Source: Trichodelitschia bisporula (lineage: Eukaryota). From it: a DNA stretch of 64,000 nucleotides. The number at the start of each line of letters is the position of its first letter. Positions within the stretch are counted from its first letter, which is position 1. The stretch spans positions 62,001 through 126,000 of the forward strand of contig ML996697.1 in NCBI GenBank assembly GCA_010356995.1, given 5' to 3'. The notes under the pieces were generated by a model that saw only the letters and a list, made by a program, of their open reading frames with translations, searched no databases and was not told the DNA's origin. Below are positions 36,812 through 51,100 of the stretch, piece by piece. Position numbers and translations under genes: made by a program.

Positions 36812-37628
36812 TTGAATGTAGCACTGAGCTCTTCGAACCGTGGGAGATGCTGTTGGGAGACTGAAGCTGCAGAACTGGATACAGACGGAGTGGTTGGGTC
36901 AAACTTGTTGAAAGGGAAGGGAACTGCTCAGGTAGGATCTGACAAAGGTTCAGGCCGACTATTATGAAGCACACTCGTCTCGGGAAAGCACCGTGTGAGC
37001 TTCATCGCAGTCGGCTCACTCTCACGAGCGATTACTGAGCGACTTGACGTTCAAGGGTTCCTCGGGCCAAGATTAGAACTAGATGCGGAGGTGGCTTGCG
37101 ACAAGATCCCCAGTTCTGCCCCACAATCCCAGGCGCCACCGAACCGCATACCCGTGATGCCGCATCGGATTGTGCTCCGGTCTGACGGGTTTATCGGCAC
37201 TTTGCGCTGCAGTCTTACTTTGCCTGTTGAATCCGCTAAAGCATAGTAAATTTTTTGAGCAAACCGAGCTTCAGGACGGTGCAATGGCGTCCTGATCAGT
37301 CTGCATGACTCTCCGGTGTAATAAAAGACGGGTGATTACTGATCGACATCCTCGGCCAAAGCTCCACATGCTAGCGCCCCCCCCCCACCAACGACATCCA
37401 AGGCTGGCCGGCCTACCATCGCAACTTAATAATTCCCCAGCCTCGAAACTGAGTTCGCAATTGAATCTTTTGCCAAGTTTATGGTGCCATACTTCCTATA
37501 GCGAACGAACAGCCTTGACCAACTCAGTGAGTGGATCGTGTCTAATCCCGGGCGTCAAACAGCCAGCCAACTGATGCATGCCATGCAGACGCCAAAGACT
37601 CCAGATCTACCCTGTGGCGCTCCTGAAG

Positions 37629-38630
37629 ATGGGTGGGAAAATTGATTGTTATGTCGACTGCGTGCGTCCCTGAGTTCCCGGATTGGCGGGCCCCTAACCT
37701 TATGGCATCCACGTGCTTGCATCGCTCATGTTCGCTAGAACTCGCCGTATTCGCTGTACGCCGTTATCTATCTTCGGAAGAACCGCAAGGCACTCGAATC
37801 ATATGGCGTAGAGGTTGAGTAGGTTCGACTACCCTCTGGGCTGTATAGACTGACAAAGCTTGCTAGATTCTTCCCTGTCTTCCTGTAAGTCGACACCTTA
37901 AAGGTATCGTCGCAAACGGATGCTTATTCTTGGCCAATCAAGGGGGGGTATCATGCAAAACAGCGGTAAGTTAGCTAAATGGGCCACTTGAGCACGTCTG
38001 ACGGATCTCAAGGGAATACTCCGCCATGGAAGCTTCCCGCCAAAGCGAAGCACGGGCAACTTGATGGGAAGCGCGCCCAGAAATACTTTGGTGTCGAGCT
38101 CACTCCGCCCAAATTCTTCCCCATCATGACATTGCTCGTAAGATCCCCGCACTAAAGCCTTGAACGAATTCTGAACCTAGCTTGCTAGCCGCTCCGCAGC
38201 ATGGTGTACATCAAGGAGAAATATCCCCGCGACCAGTACGAGACCATGCTGCAGGAACTCTGGACGGGCTACTGGGGAGATCACCTGGACCTTAGCAAGC
38301 CCGACATAATGTCGAAAGTCTTCGCCAGGCACTTCAAGCCCGAGGAGGTCGAGCAAATCATGAAAGCGGGAACGTCGCCGGAGTACAAACAAAAGCTGTC
38401 CAAGATAACCGGCCGGCTGGTTGAATCCGGAGCCTACGGCTGCCCGTGGTTTGAAGTAACCAACAGCAAAGGGAAGACGGAACCGTTCTTCGGCAGCGAT
38501 AGGTGAGCTTCCCCCCGTCGCCATTTAAGTCCACAACTCACCGCACGACAGGTGGCATTACATGTACCAATTCCTCGACCTCCCATTCCAGGACATCGCG
38601 CTGCCCGAGAAGCCGCAAACAAAGCTGTAG
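37629..38630 (+). CDS. glutathione S-transferase kappa / HCCA isomerase (DsbA-like); exons 37629-37661, 37739-37818, 37867-37884, 37943-37965, 38013-38137, 38189-38502, 38552-38630
   Basis: The spliced product has IDCYVDCNSPYS, PVFLGGIM..SGNTPP, GAYGCPWF and FFGSDRW, and ends in TKL. Confidence 0.9.
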
Positions 38631-41481
38631 ATATCACCCGTAGTATTATCCCCCCCATTATTCCAATACCATCACCATTAGCATCCACACATACCGCAAT
38701 GTATCCTCACATTTCCCCACCTCAAAACCATAAACACCCCACCCGCGCAGGCTATCCCAGTCACTCCACCCCTCCCCCCCCCTACCCCCCAGTCCATCAA
38801 ATCGCCCCACCCGCAGCCCACCACCGCCACCCCGCGGGCACGCACGTCTCGCCCACCCACCCGCCGCACGCACGTCGCACGCGCACCACACACCCGCCTC
38901 CCCGATCCGCCGCCGCCCACCCTAGTTCGCTACGTTCCAGCGGTCGCGGCCACGGACACAGCGCATCCGGCCGATCTTTGACAGCGGGAGGCGGGGTGCA
39001 ATCGGTGTGGGGTGGATGGTCGAGGTGGATGGATGCTGCAACTAGGTTCAGAGGTAAGAAGAGGGTGCAGCGTGCGAAGATAAGATGTGATTGTTGTTCA
39101 TGTTCGCTCCACGGCGATGCGCTTTTGATCGCGCTCGAGGAGGGCACCTGTTGCTGTCAAGAGGGGTGGTGGGCAGGGCTTTTCGACGGTCTAATGGGGG
39201 TGGCGTGTGCGGTGCTGGTCTGAGCTGTGCGACGTGGAACGTGGAAGGGGCCGCAATTGTGGGGAAGCGTGCGACTGGGTTGTGGGATGGGATGGGTGCA
39301 ATTGCCGGGTGTTAGGAGTTGGATGGCTAGCTGTTGGCAAACCGGCGAAGAAGTTGCCCGTTGCCAGTGCCGTGGGGCTTTGCTAAGTATATGTACGGAG
39401 TCAGAGAGCGAATGGTTAAGAGTCCATGGTTCGTGATGACTGGCGAGCCGTTGGGCTTTTGTTTGAATCCGTGGCGTTTGAACGGGATTTTGTATATTCA
39501 TGGTAGCTTAATGCTTTCGCATCGATGTTGTCAGGCTGTATCCCGGGAAAAGCAACGCTTTGGTAGTGAAGAGGCCGCCAGGGATTTTTTTGCAACTCAC
39601 GTTCCCACATCTGACTACTCACAATATCTGAACTCCCAAACTTCCGAGGAGGATTACGGTAGTGGATGAAGTGGAACTGGCCGTTACGAGAGGATAGAAC
39701 AAGCTTTAACTGAGGACACCCATCCACCACTAGGATCCCATGCTAGCGGCAGACCTGACAGGACTTTTGACCGAAAAGGGCCTCCACCAACCAGTGGCCG
39801 TAAATGGCATCATATGGCCGCCATGTACAGCTACGACGGCAGCAAAACGACCAGGGTAAGTGCGTCCGCGGCTCCGCAGGTTCGCCAGCGAACGTTGGCG
39901 TCGCCATCGAATCAAATCGCTCCGTCCCCGCAAGTCTCAAGCGCATGCGCACCCAAGCTCAGGTACAGGTACATGTGCGAAATGTGGGAGCAAACAAATC
40001 TGACTCTGAGCCAACGTCCATGGCCCGCGCGGCAGGGATTGCAACGTGGGCGTTAGGAAGCAGTTGCCAAGCGCGGTTGTCGATGTCAGAATACTGCACG
40101 CTGCCGCCCATCGCTTACTAGGTCTGGCCGTTCAGAGTGCTAAAGTTTTGCAGATTCTTGGGTGTGGATAGGGAAGGGGTGGTGACGGCGAAGTGTGCTC
40201 CGCTGGCTGTGTCGGGGTTGTGACTCGTACAATACGAGCAGGCCCAGCGCCGCCATGGCAGCGTCCGACGGTGGTACAAAAGAGCCTCAGATCGCGCATC
40301 AGAGATCTATTGAGTTCAATTGGTGCTCAAGCAGAGTTTTCCTTCTAGATGCCCAAATTCTCCATCGTGAAAGCCACCACCGCGGAGAGGGCCGAGGGCG
40401 AGCGTGCATGGAGAGTACAGCAGAATCGTAACCCGAGACCTTCTGCACTCTACTCTCTTTGACATGCTCTGAGCTTCATCCTCTTGAGACATCATTTCCC
40501 TTGTTAACCGCAACGTCGCAGTGGTCGAGATCCGGGGTTGCTGGCATGCCCTTCTACGGGAGCAAAGGCAATTTTCTCTTGCCGCGGCCCGCATCCGAGA
40601 CTTTTGATATGCTTCGTCCAATGGGTAGTCCCCGCGTCTGGAGAAGGAATGAGATATGTTGGCCGAATTCGGAGAGTTGGGGATACCAGACTGTGTGGAA
40701 TCGATATTAGCACTCCTGAGAATCTAGCTTTCGTCAGTATAAGTCATGAGACATTGTCATGAAGCTTGTGAAACCGCTCTTTGATTCTTTCCATCTCTCG
40801 CGTCAAACTGCACCTGCCACCTGCTGCGATTAGCCTGTCAGCTACGACCATTCAACCAGGCGGGTTTGCAAACCTCAACACCTTCCCCGCCTATCGCTCC
40901 GCGAGACAGACCCTCAGTCTCTACGAGCCACATCATCCCCGCAAATAGTCAGTGGCAAACTTTTCACCGGGTAAGCCTATGGCCCCCGCTGCCTTCCTCA
41001 TGCACACATATACGGCTAGGTAATGACGAAATGCATAATCAGAGCTTCTAGCCGTCAAAACTGCACATCCCCGAATCGGAAAGCGTGGTCAGATCGCCAA
41101 GCATTTGCTTTTGATAAATCGATTCAGTTCCACCAACGCCCACTTACTCTCGCTTCCAACTGCATTGGCAAGTGTCGCAAAGTAATACGAAACATTGCTC
41201 GACGGTCGAATATCGTCGGTAAGATCCCTCAAGGCCGAGAGAGTCAAGCGAGAGCGCGTCTCCGGCGGCTAACTGCTGCACATAGCCTGGAGCTACCGCT
41301 CTTCCGCTGCAGAGCGAATACCTGCATTTCAATCGTTGCAGAATAACCTGAAGGCGCTTAGCGGCATACTCAAAATCCTTCGGTCAATCGGGGCGGTGAA
41401 CGTCATCCAGGGAGCGGTGCCACCGGCCCCTCAGCGCTTTGCGTCGGTTGCGAAGGAGGGGAAGCGCTGTCGCGCTCCGAC

Positions 41482-42917
41482 ATGATGCCTGCGCAGTATC
41501 AGTTCGCAAAACCTGAAGCGGACGAAGGACTCACTACGCGCACATTTGCATACATACAAGATGTGTTCAACCACGCGCACCTTGGCGGCATCGGAAGCCA
41601 GTTTCCCATAAACGCGGCTCCTGAATATAATGTCAGTGAGCCGAATCGAGGTATGCTGCAATGCTGACGATGTAAGTACCACATTTCGTATGCTGATGGT
41701 CGTACCGCCACAGATGAACCCAGTCTGAGCCATACATACATCGAGGAAATGGAACTGATGATGGGGACCGACTCGTTTGATGCCGGCAATGGCACTCTCA
41801 GCCATCTCATGCATAACGATGTCTCCATGGGAAACAGCGTCAATCATGTGGATCAAGCCATTGCAGACTGGCCAGTGCCTTGTCAGGGCCAAGGAGGACA
41901 TCAAGCTAGCCCGCGACCGGATAATGGTCACCCGGGTTGGAATTGGTCTCCGAAGAACGACGGGACAACTGGAATGTCTGTCGAGCACGGATTCGCCGGT
42001 CACTCCGCTCTCGTCTCCGAACCACCCGACCTTGTCAATACGCCATGTGGATTCTCTAGCTCGTTTGAGTCCAACCAGTACCCTCACAGCTCTGCACATG
42101 CCCCTGAATCATCGTACCGCGCTGTCACGTCGGTGCCCCAGGAATTCCAAACATTCCAGGATATTCACAAGGACGACATGCCGGGAGCGTGGCCTAATGG
42201 CCAGCATGTGGTATGGCCATACGAACACGTCCACGATTTGTTCCATTCTGGGCATCCTATGGATATTGATCCCCTGGGAACCGACGTCGGGACCATGGCG
42301 CCTGAGTACATCCTGCCGTCACAGTTGACTCCTGGGATGTTCGGAGAGCCGCAAGTCGCACATCCCATTTCTCCTGGAGTTCCCATCGTCGAACAGGCTT
42401 GGGAACCATTTGCGGGGCCATTTGAGGATCACATGGAGTCCTCTCCAACTACAGAGCAGGCTGGTGAAGACAGCCCGGCCAGTTTAGAGGGCGATAAAAA
42501 GGCCCTTCGTGATCAATTTCTTGTCGACTCGCGGCGTCGCGGCCTCTCGTATAGAGAGATCAAGGAGCTCGGGGGTTTCAGTGAGGCTGAATCAACGCTC
42601 CGTGGTCGGTACCGGACGTTGACGAAGGAGAAGCAAGACCGAGTGCGCAAGCCGGTCTGGGAACCAGAAGATGTAAGTTCGCATGGTGCTATCTGCCGTG
42701 AGATATGTTAATGATGCAGATTCGTCTGCTGAACCAAGCCGTCAACGAGCTTATGGGGTACGGCCGGTCTCGCAAGTCGCACCACCATGCCGATGGAGCC
42801 AGCATTCCGTGGAAGGACGTCGCTCAGTACATCGTCGACAACGGCGGTTCATACCACTTCGGCAATTCCACCTGCAAAAAGAAGTGGATGGAGATTCGAC
42901 AGAAGCGGAAGAAGTGA
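41482..42917 (+). CDS. putative Myb/SANT-like DNA-binding protein; introns 41651..41713 and 42673..42719
   Basis: C-terminal FLV..R..GLSYREIK..GGF.EAESTLRGRYRTLTK...RVRKPVW..ED|IRLL...IPWKDVAQYI...GGSYHFGNSTCKKKW; both introns keep frame. Confidence 0.8.
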
Positions 42918-43491
42918 GATGGAAATGGGCGTTACGGTTCGGGAGTTCGGTCTGGGTCGGCTGGTTCGGGAAGGTCTGCTGCTGCATGATTTAGCTGGGT
43001 ACCTAGGCGTCTGTTTTTAGTCAAAGGTGCTCCATAGCTTCGTATGTCGACTATGTACTTAGGAAGGGGGAATAGGGGCGGTGGTTGAGGTTGAGAACTG
43101 TCAATGGAATAGGTAGCTGGATGACAAGACACGAGATTCATGGCTCTCAACACATGAGATCCATTTTGGTGAACGGGCACTAGAGGCTCAAGATCTAGTG
43201 GCTAATTGCATGCTGAAGAGGCAAACCGGCGTGTTAGCTTACAATGATATTCCAATGATCAGGCAGACGAAGTGATGGTCGTGGTCCTTGGAGGGAGCGG
43301 ATGCCGAGATATCCCGGAAGCAAGAGCGGGGCGCCACATCTCCAGCCCCGGCCGCCACAGTTGGACTTCCGTCAAACAATCCAGGGACGACGGCAAGTCT
43401 TTACAGCGGTCATCCGTCCCACAATCAAGATACCTGGTTAATCAAACGCTCGTACCGACACTGCTCACTATCCGCATTTCGCTCTGCGAAG

Positions 43492-44642
43492 ATGGCGAGC
43501 TTACGGCTTGGCCTTACTCAACCACTTCCCGTGCTCGTGGAAGCAAGGTACCGCGCAGCAAAATCAGCATCCAGCCTGATATTCTCGCCCACGGAGCTGA
43601 CTGCAATACGTACAAACTCTGGCGTACCGGTTGGTGCTCCACATAATGACAGTGGCCTGGTGTTAAACTCGAAATAGTTTCAGCTGCGATACTGCCCGGC
43701 GCTGGGCAAAAAGCCGACTCCGCAAAGTGACAGTTCTCCCAAGAAGATCGATCCGTTTGAAAATCCGGACAAAGATCTCTTCATTACCGACGTCCCAAAG
43801 GCTGATCCAACTCATTTTCTCATCTTGAACAAGTTTCCTGTTATCGCCCAGCACTTCATCATTGCCACAAAACTAAATAAGCCTCAGACGCGCGTGCTTG
43901 AGGAGGATGACCTCGATCTTACCTACGCCTGCCTGCAGGCCTGGTCGGAGCAGGAAGCCGAAGGGAAGTCAGGGAAGTTATTCGCATTTTTCAACTCCGG
44001 AGAGCACAGTGGTGCTAGCCAGCCGCATCGGCATATCCAGTTTCTCCCCGTTGAGCGCATGGTAGGCAGTGAAGCTGCCCCTAAGTGGCAGCCGTTGCTC
44101 GACATGATAGCGGCATCTAAAGGTTCGTGCCTTCTGATTTCAACCATGAGGCTCTCCGGGCGGGGCACCCGAGCTGCACCGCATGCCATTCGTATATGTG
44201 GCTTATTCACAATCATCTAGATCCCAGTGAACTGAAACTCCCCTTCTTCTACGCCTGGCAACCGATACCGCCAGACCCAACTCCAGAAGAACTGCATGAT
44301 CTCTACCTCTGTCTATACGCCGAATCCGCAGCAGCTGTACGTAAATACATTCGCAGCAACCCCGGAGATCTTTCTCTGCATGACTCAGAGGACGGCGCGT
44401 CGCCTTTCAGCTACAATCTCGGCATGACGACGGATGCCATGATCATGTGCCCACGAAGAAGGGAAGGGAAAGTTCTACAAAGTGATAACGGTGCTGAGTT
44501 GGGTTTTGCGGGGCTCAACGGCACGCTTCTGGCGGGTACGCTGATGGTGAAGTGGCAAGAGGAGTGGGAACTGCTGAAGAGCAAACCTAGCGTACTGGAC
44601 GACGTGCTGGAGGCAATCGGGGTTCCCACAGCGGGAATCTGA
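43492..44642 (+). CDS. APA2: Ap4A phosphorylase / ATP adenylyltransferase (HIT-like); introns 43630..43677 and 44123..44220
   Basis: DPFENP, LNKFPV...HF, FFNSG..SGASQPHRHIQF, SYNL.MT...M..CPR and LNGT.LAGTLMVK. Confidence 0.9.
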
Positions 44643-45026
44643 GGGTCTAAAGGGGAGCTGCTCATGACTGTGGTTGCTGCAAGGTAATACTGTTTGAACA
44701 TGTCTGTAGAAACCTGGTAGCTTTAGAGCCAGAGCTTCTCGATATTCTCTTCATAAGGCTCCCCGATATCATGAATCGTGGTCAATGAACACGACAGTCA
44801 TGCTTGCTTCGTCCTATGTCCGAAATCCTGCCTTTCGTAATCTTCCAGTGTCTGACAGCGTACTCCTCTCTTCACCTTCAAGAATATTGGTCTTCTTAAC
44901 AACGTGGCCTTGCACCTTCCCGTTCTCGTTTTCTTCCCTAGTATGCCGTAGAAATCTCGAAGGCTTGAATTTACAAAAAAAGCTACATATGTATTTAAAA
45001 GTATGTCGACTAACCATCAAATCAAT

Positions 45027-45114
45027 GGCCCAATGGTCTAGTGGTATGATTCTCGCTTTGGGTTGCTCAATCCAAGCATGCGAGAGGCCCCGCGTTCGAA
45101 TCGCGGTTGGGCCC
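45027..45114 (+). tRNA. tRNA-Pro(TGG) with a 16-nt intron (45063..45078)
   Basis: Acceptor stem GGCCCAA/TTGGGCC, A box TGGTCTAGTGG, anticodon stem CTCGC/GCGAG with TGG, B box GTTCGAATC and a downstream T-run. Confidence 0.95.
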
Positions 45115-48100
45115 CATTGTCTTTTTGGAAGTTTTTCTCAATATCCAGCAGTGATGGACATGAGGTATCCGGCAATTTGGCCTTTCGCCTGATGTTGATG
45201 CGAGTTTCCTCTCACCTCTTTTTTTTTCTTGACATGGGTGAGGAGCGCCGCAACTCTTGGCAGGACTGGAAGCCAGTGAAGCTTTCGTATCTCTTCTGGC
45301 AGTCCTTACTCCCTTCGGCAACTCCAACCTTCTACCTCCGTACATCCGTATTTTCCCAACTCCGAGGTGCGCATTGCGAGCATGGCCCCTGGAGACATCT
45401 TCTCCTGCTCCGGGAGCGAGAGACAACATGAGATTTACAGCCGGCATCTGATCTCTGCAGAGTACCGGTACAAGGGCAAGGTTGAAGAATGCTGGCGAGG
45501 ACGGCATGCTCCAGCTATTGATAATATTCCTTGTCACGATCTACTCTCTGCACTTCCCAAGTCATTCCCGTCCAGTCCCTGCGCGAGCATCCAACGCTCC
45601 ACACGGCCCGCATGGTGAAAAAAAACCCGCGTCAACCAAAAGAATTGGACAGTTGTCTCCGGCAAGCGCGCCAACGCACGCGGGGTCGCGAGGCGAGCTG
45701 TTCTTTGCAGGCTCGCCACGCCTCCCGGTCATGATCTTCCTATCTTCTTGCTCCGCGAGGTGACAACGGCACCTGCGTACATCTGTACGCGTCGTCCGTA
45801 CATGAGCTATCGGGTGGCATGGCACGGCAGGTAGCCTATGACCAGCCAGCCGACGGCGATGCGGCATGTCCCGCAGGTCCAGATGGCCCTTCAGCAAGCA
45901 GCGGGCGCAGAAAACGACAGACGATAGAAAGCCCCAGCGCGTGCGCACCGCACGCGTCGCCCCGCGACCCCGACAAGCTTTTCCAAAGAGCCTGATACCC
46001 TGGAGCGCAGAGCGTCGTGCGGGTCCATGATCCCATGCTGATTGCCTGCGCAGCTCTCACGACGCTGCCGTCCCGGCCGATGTTAACCTTGCTGTTTCGC
46101 TTAGCCTGGCTATTGACGGGCTTCAAAGACCCGATACTAGCGTTCAGGCCTGACGATGAGCAGATAACCTGGGCGTTATACCCCGGGCATGTTGCTCGGG
46201 CGCTGAAGGGGTCCGCAGGTCGGGTTGTTGATTGCTCGTCGTCCTTGTCCCGCAGTTTTCCCCACCCTCCGGCCCCCGACGCCCGGTCCCGAAAGGACTT
46301 GGCCTGGGGTACCCTATGCCATACCCCAATGCGGGTGCTAGATGGACCGGTCAAGATCCAGAAATTGGCCACTGTGGCTGGAAATGGGCACAGGATCAAG
46401 GAAGACTCAGGAGAAGACGGGTGTTGCCGGCGGCGGCTGCACCCCTCCCCAGCCATTATTCAAGACGTCTCGTCGCAGAGTACAAAGCAACGTGCGTAAT
46501 CAGTGACCTGGGGACTTGCGGGGTAATGATATGGTAGGAGCTGAGGGGCGGGAAGATGGCCAAGCGAGCGGTCCAGAACACATGCAAGGGATCCGCAAAA
46601 GGGAAACGGTCGAGCGAGGGACGCACGCTGCCGCATCGAAGCGGCTCAACCGCCTGCTACGTAGTACTCTTCCCTTCATGGTGTTCAGACGAATGAAGTG
46701 GCTTGTGCTTGTTCGTCTACCATAGCAATCAATCAGTGCACCCGCCTACTGGGGATCCCGCTGCTGGAGGCAGGGAGGTGTAAGAGAAGCGAGGGCGTGT
46801 TTCCGACTGCCTGGGAATGGCTCCCTTGCGATATGTACATATCACATTATTTGGCACAGCATTTCATTAACCGCACTCACTTCGGATGCTCGAAGCGACT
46901 GTATGGGAAAGGCATACAAGGACTGCTTGCTCATAAGCAATGGGCCAGGTACCCAAAGACTATATCATCGGTTACTCCGTGCTATCATTTAATCTCTTCA
47001 GGCATACACAGCCAAATACCGTGTTTTAAAGTATAACGTTAGCTATCTTCACCCAAGCACGATTAGAACTAATTGATGGGCGACTGCTCTTTTGTGCTAA
47101 GATTAATGCTTGCAAACTCAAATCAGGAATGATACAGTTGGTGCTCTGCAGAAGATTCGTCATCTTTTATGCTCAAGCCTCTGGTCAACCAGACTGTTGA
47201 AAAGAAATAACGGTTGGAATAGCCGAGTTTAGCCCTGCGAGTGCAAGTGCCCTGTAATGCAACCAGCCGTTTCTGTTGCTATTCGTTAACATAGTGTTGA
47301 CAGCTGACTGGATATCTTGAACTTTATCGAGATCAGAAGGCGAAAATTGGATGCGATGACTAGTAACGGACGCTAAAGATCCACCTAACCGTGGACAAAG
47401 GAGTGTTGACGTTGTATAGAGTAGATGCTTGCTGGTCGGGTCGCAACTGCCGCAGTCGGGAGTAATGGCGTCATGGACTCTCTTTCAGAAAATTATATCT
47501 CAACAACTGTCCTCCACTCTTCAAAACACTCAATCAATCAACATCTGCACGTAGAGCATAATACCCGTCGTCGACAGTAAGACCGCCTCTTCGCCTTGAA
47601 TCACCTCAAGCTTGCGGCTTGACCCAATCCCGCAAATCGAAGCACGTTGTCCACCCAGTGCGCCCGGTTGGTGTCTTCTAGGTCAACTGCGGCTCTTCAA
47701 AGGTCGGACAGAAGATGGCAAGCATGGCCCGATAACGTACGTCTGCACGTACGGTTGTTGCATTATTGATAACTCAATGCGACAGCACGTCGGCACGTCG
47801 GCACGACCATCAAGACCGCCACAACTCTACAGGTATCCAAGACAGTTCGGGAGGCTGCATGACGTATATCAGCCGAGCCGATGCAGTTCCAGACTTCTTG
47901 CCACTTGGCCACGACAGCCGACGATTCAGACACTGTGCCGCACCGCCACCTCTGGCCAGCGTGTGGAAACGAGGCCGTTGTCTAGAGATTGATCGCTTCT
48001 CATCGTGGGAAGGTCAATGGCCCTGACTTCTGGCTGCCAGCGATTGAGGTAACAGTGATCGATATCGAGTCGAAAGCAGCTGTGAACCCCGGCCTGAGCC

Positions 48101-51100
48101 TCGCGCTGCGCTTCGGACTGTGGTTCAAGCCGACCTGGAGCTTCGTACCTCCAATGGCTCCTGTAGTTCTCTAACTTCGGGATGATATGCTGTCGATTGC
48201 ACTTCGTCTGTCAGCTACTAGGGCATATCCAGTCGGTCTATCGCTAGCATGAGGTTAACAAACTCACAGGATCACAATATACGACTATCATTAGCATCAC
48301 CGAAAGGCAGTGGGCCTACGGATGTATTCCTTCGTTCGATAAACTGGACCACAGTGGACTGAGCACCATCGGACCATTGTGAGGGACAGTGACAGGCGCC
48401 CTACACCATGTCAGATGAGCCTGCAGCTTCAAAATCTGTTGTTGTTGAGTCGTTACGGGAGACTGTGCAGAAGCACCCGATATGCGCTTGGTCAACCGAG
48501 GCCAGCCAAAGGCAAAAACCGGGTGTGCAGAACAACCGGAAAGGTTGAATGATATCTAATTTCATCCCATAAGTCCGGCAATCCTCCAATAACCCGCGGA
48601 AGTCCAACGAAAACACGACAGATGTCGTATTTCGACCTCGTAGCTAAGCTTTGCTAGTGAAGATCGCAGGATCGAACCACCTGAATCCCGTTAGACTTCC
48701 CGAGCGGAAACACCTCCGTGGGTTTGGGAAATTGCCCAATAATCGACGGCGGCTCCCAGCTTTGGACCAGTCAGTCCTGTCATCGTTCGTGCGGGGGGCG
48801 GCAGCCAATCACTGAGCTAGGACAGACAGTTCGCCTGGCCACCTCAAACAGAATGACGATGAAGTTTACCGTACGTGGACTTGTCGCTGACGGCCATCTT
48901 CGATTGGACGCTCAAGCAAAATGCGTTCCAGCCCAAGGCTCAAACAGAGGACCTCCGTCGTTTCGGCTGGAATGACGATGCTGGAATCGAAGCGATCGGA
49001 TTCTAAGGAGATCCAAACATAGGCCAATCCGTGACCAGTGTGCGGGAGTCGCGGAGCCTCTCGGATGAGCCTCAGGAGCTTTGGCCTTGGTGGCGCCTTG
49101 CAACTTGGAGAACGGAACCGAATCAGCAAGAGTGATGGCTGATTTTGCACACTTGACCATTTATCATCGGGGGATCCGGCCCCCAACTCGTGTTAACAAC
49201 ATTTAACGGAGCAGGCCTGCACCATGTTCAATAAAATGAAGAAAATGAAGAGCGGCACCTTCCGTTGGACTATTGTATCAACCGCAAGGCTTCCCAATCA
49301 AGCCCCAAGAAGCTAGGGAAGGGAACATTGCGCCCAATAACTCACGCACCAGGCGAAAAGAGATTGGACCACTAGGAGAAGGACCGGGCGGGAGATTTGC
49401 CCAATAATGTCTCGTAAGTGGGCGTATTTGCAACTGTGGCGGTGCAATATCGGTGTGGGATGAGGCTCGTGGCCTTATACGCTGTTTGATTGGAGTTAGA
49501 GGTCGCACAGCCTCGATTTGCGCCCCGGTGGCTCGGTCAGCCCTCCGGCCCGTCGGCGTTGCGGTTGGCCTCTTGAGCATCATCATGTTCGGCGATCCCA
49601 AATTAGCTCCAAAGACATCGTCATTACCCTCTCTTTGCGATGAGGGTACGGCCAGCAGGGTCGTGAGCTTCGCCTCCCTACGACGGCATAATATTTGCAG
49701 ACTATCGGCATGGGATATATCCGGGACAGGCTGCTCCGCAAAGGCTCCCACGACAAGCCGACTGGAAAGGGAAATGCTCTCGGGTTCGCCGTCGAACCGT
49801 TGCTTTGTGACACCGCGCGAAGAGGAATGTGGAGAATGCGTTGCGACGGTTCCCATGTCCTGACACCTTATCCGACCCTAGCCTGGTTTCCTCTCCTCCT
49901 TGCGGATTCTGAGTGGGATGGGCACCGGCATTGTGCACGCCGACGTCGAACCCCCGCCTACCTAGTTCTTCTAAAGATAGCTCCCCACGGAAGGTGCCCA
50001 TGTCGGACAACCGTACTTCAAGATGCTACGATGCTACGATCCTACAGCGAGTACGACTTCCTCGTCCGCTTCCCGTAGGTTAAACTTACCGTTATCCCAC
50101 GCCGGCGACCCCGCACCCGCTAACCGCACCGTCTTCGCGTGGTCTGCGGGGTTGCCCTGCGAGCGGGGCACGTTGGCGACTGGGGCGCGGTCGCTGACCC
50201 ACAACACACGACGGCAGAGCGGTAATGTGTCGCTGCTACTGTCATACTAACACTAGCCGACAGCGTGATGCGCTGCTTAATATAATCTATCCATTGTGGG
50301 AATATTCCCCCGCGCGCTAGTGAGCGCGCCGACGGCATAACTGTCGTGCAAACGGCTTTGCCTGCCGCGTCCACTACGGTATGAGTTCAAGGCCCGATAC
50401 GGCGGCCCGGGAGTTAGGGAACTGCGGCCGAAATGCGGCCGTTCTGGATGACAGAGGGGTGTGACGGGCAGTGTGCCAAGCGATACTAAGGCGCGCTGCG
50501 GATCTGGTTACTCCGATGCATATCGCGGGACTAACGCATGGCAGGAACAAAGAATTCCAACACGACGTTTCGCGTGGGGAGCTCGTAAACGCCGCGGAGA
50601 CCCGGCTGGCATGACTAAAAGACGGGAAGGATCAAAGGAGGCTGGGGGGCTGGCTCTCAATATGGCACGCTGTCGCTTCGCGTTTCCCGCGCAAAGGCTC
50701 AGAGCGAGATTGCAGCAAGATGTGACCCCTCAAGACCCCTCGCCGCACGCGGGACGCGGAGGAGGAACGTTGGGCGTGGAGACGGTGCATATGCGTGCCT
50801 CTTTGGGCCTGCGGTTGAAAGCTCCCGCATCTCTGCTCCCCGCCTTTCTTCCCTCGTCAGCCCTACAAGACAGTGACGGGAGGGAAGCGATGCGGCGGTC
50901 TCGACAGAGCCACTTGGCGCCGCCTCGCAGACTTGGCTTGCTGTGGCACTGTGCAGGGTACCAAAAGCAGACCAAGCGCCCAGCATCGCCATTTGGCGGC
51001 GCGAGTGACGCGACAGGGCTGGGCCGTTCTCTAGCCTGCTGGTAGCGTTTGGCGAGGGCGCATTTGCCTGCATCTCTGCGCGGGATTCTGTCGCCGAATG

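Noticed and set aside
38650..41430. Short ORFs, including the protein-like 39334..39669
   Set aside because: No family motif or consistent splice model could be built.
46900..48400. AT-richer stretch as a RIP-degraded transposon
   Set aside because: No transposase, RT or integrase motifs, terminal repeats or clear TpA excess visible by eye.
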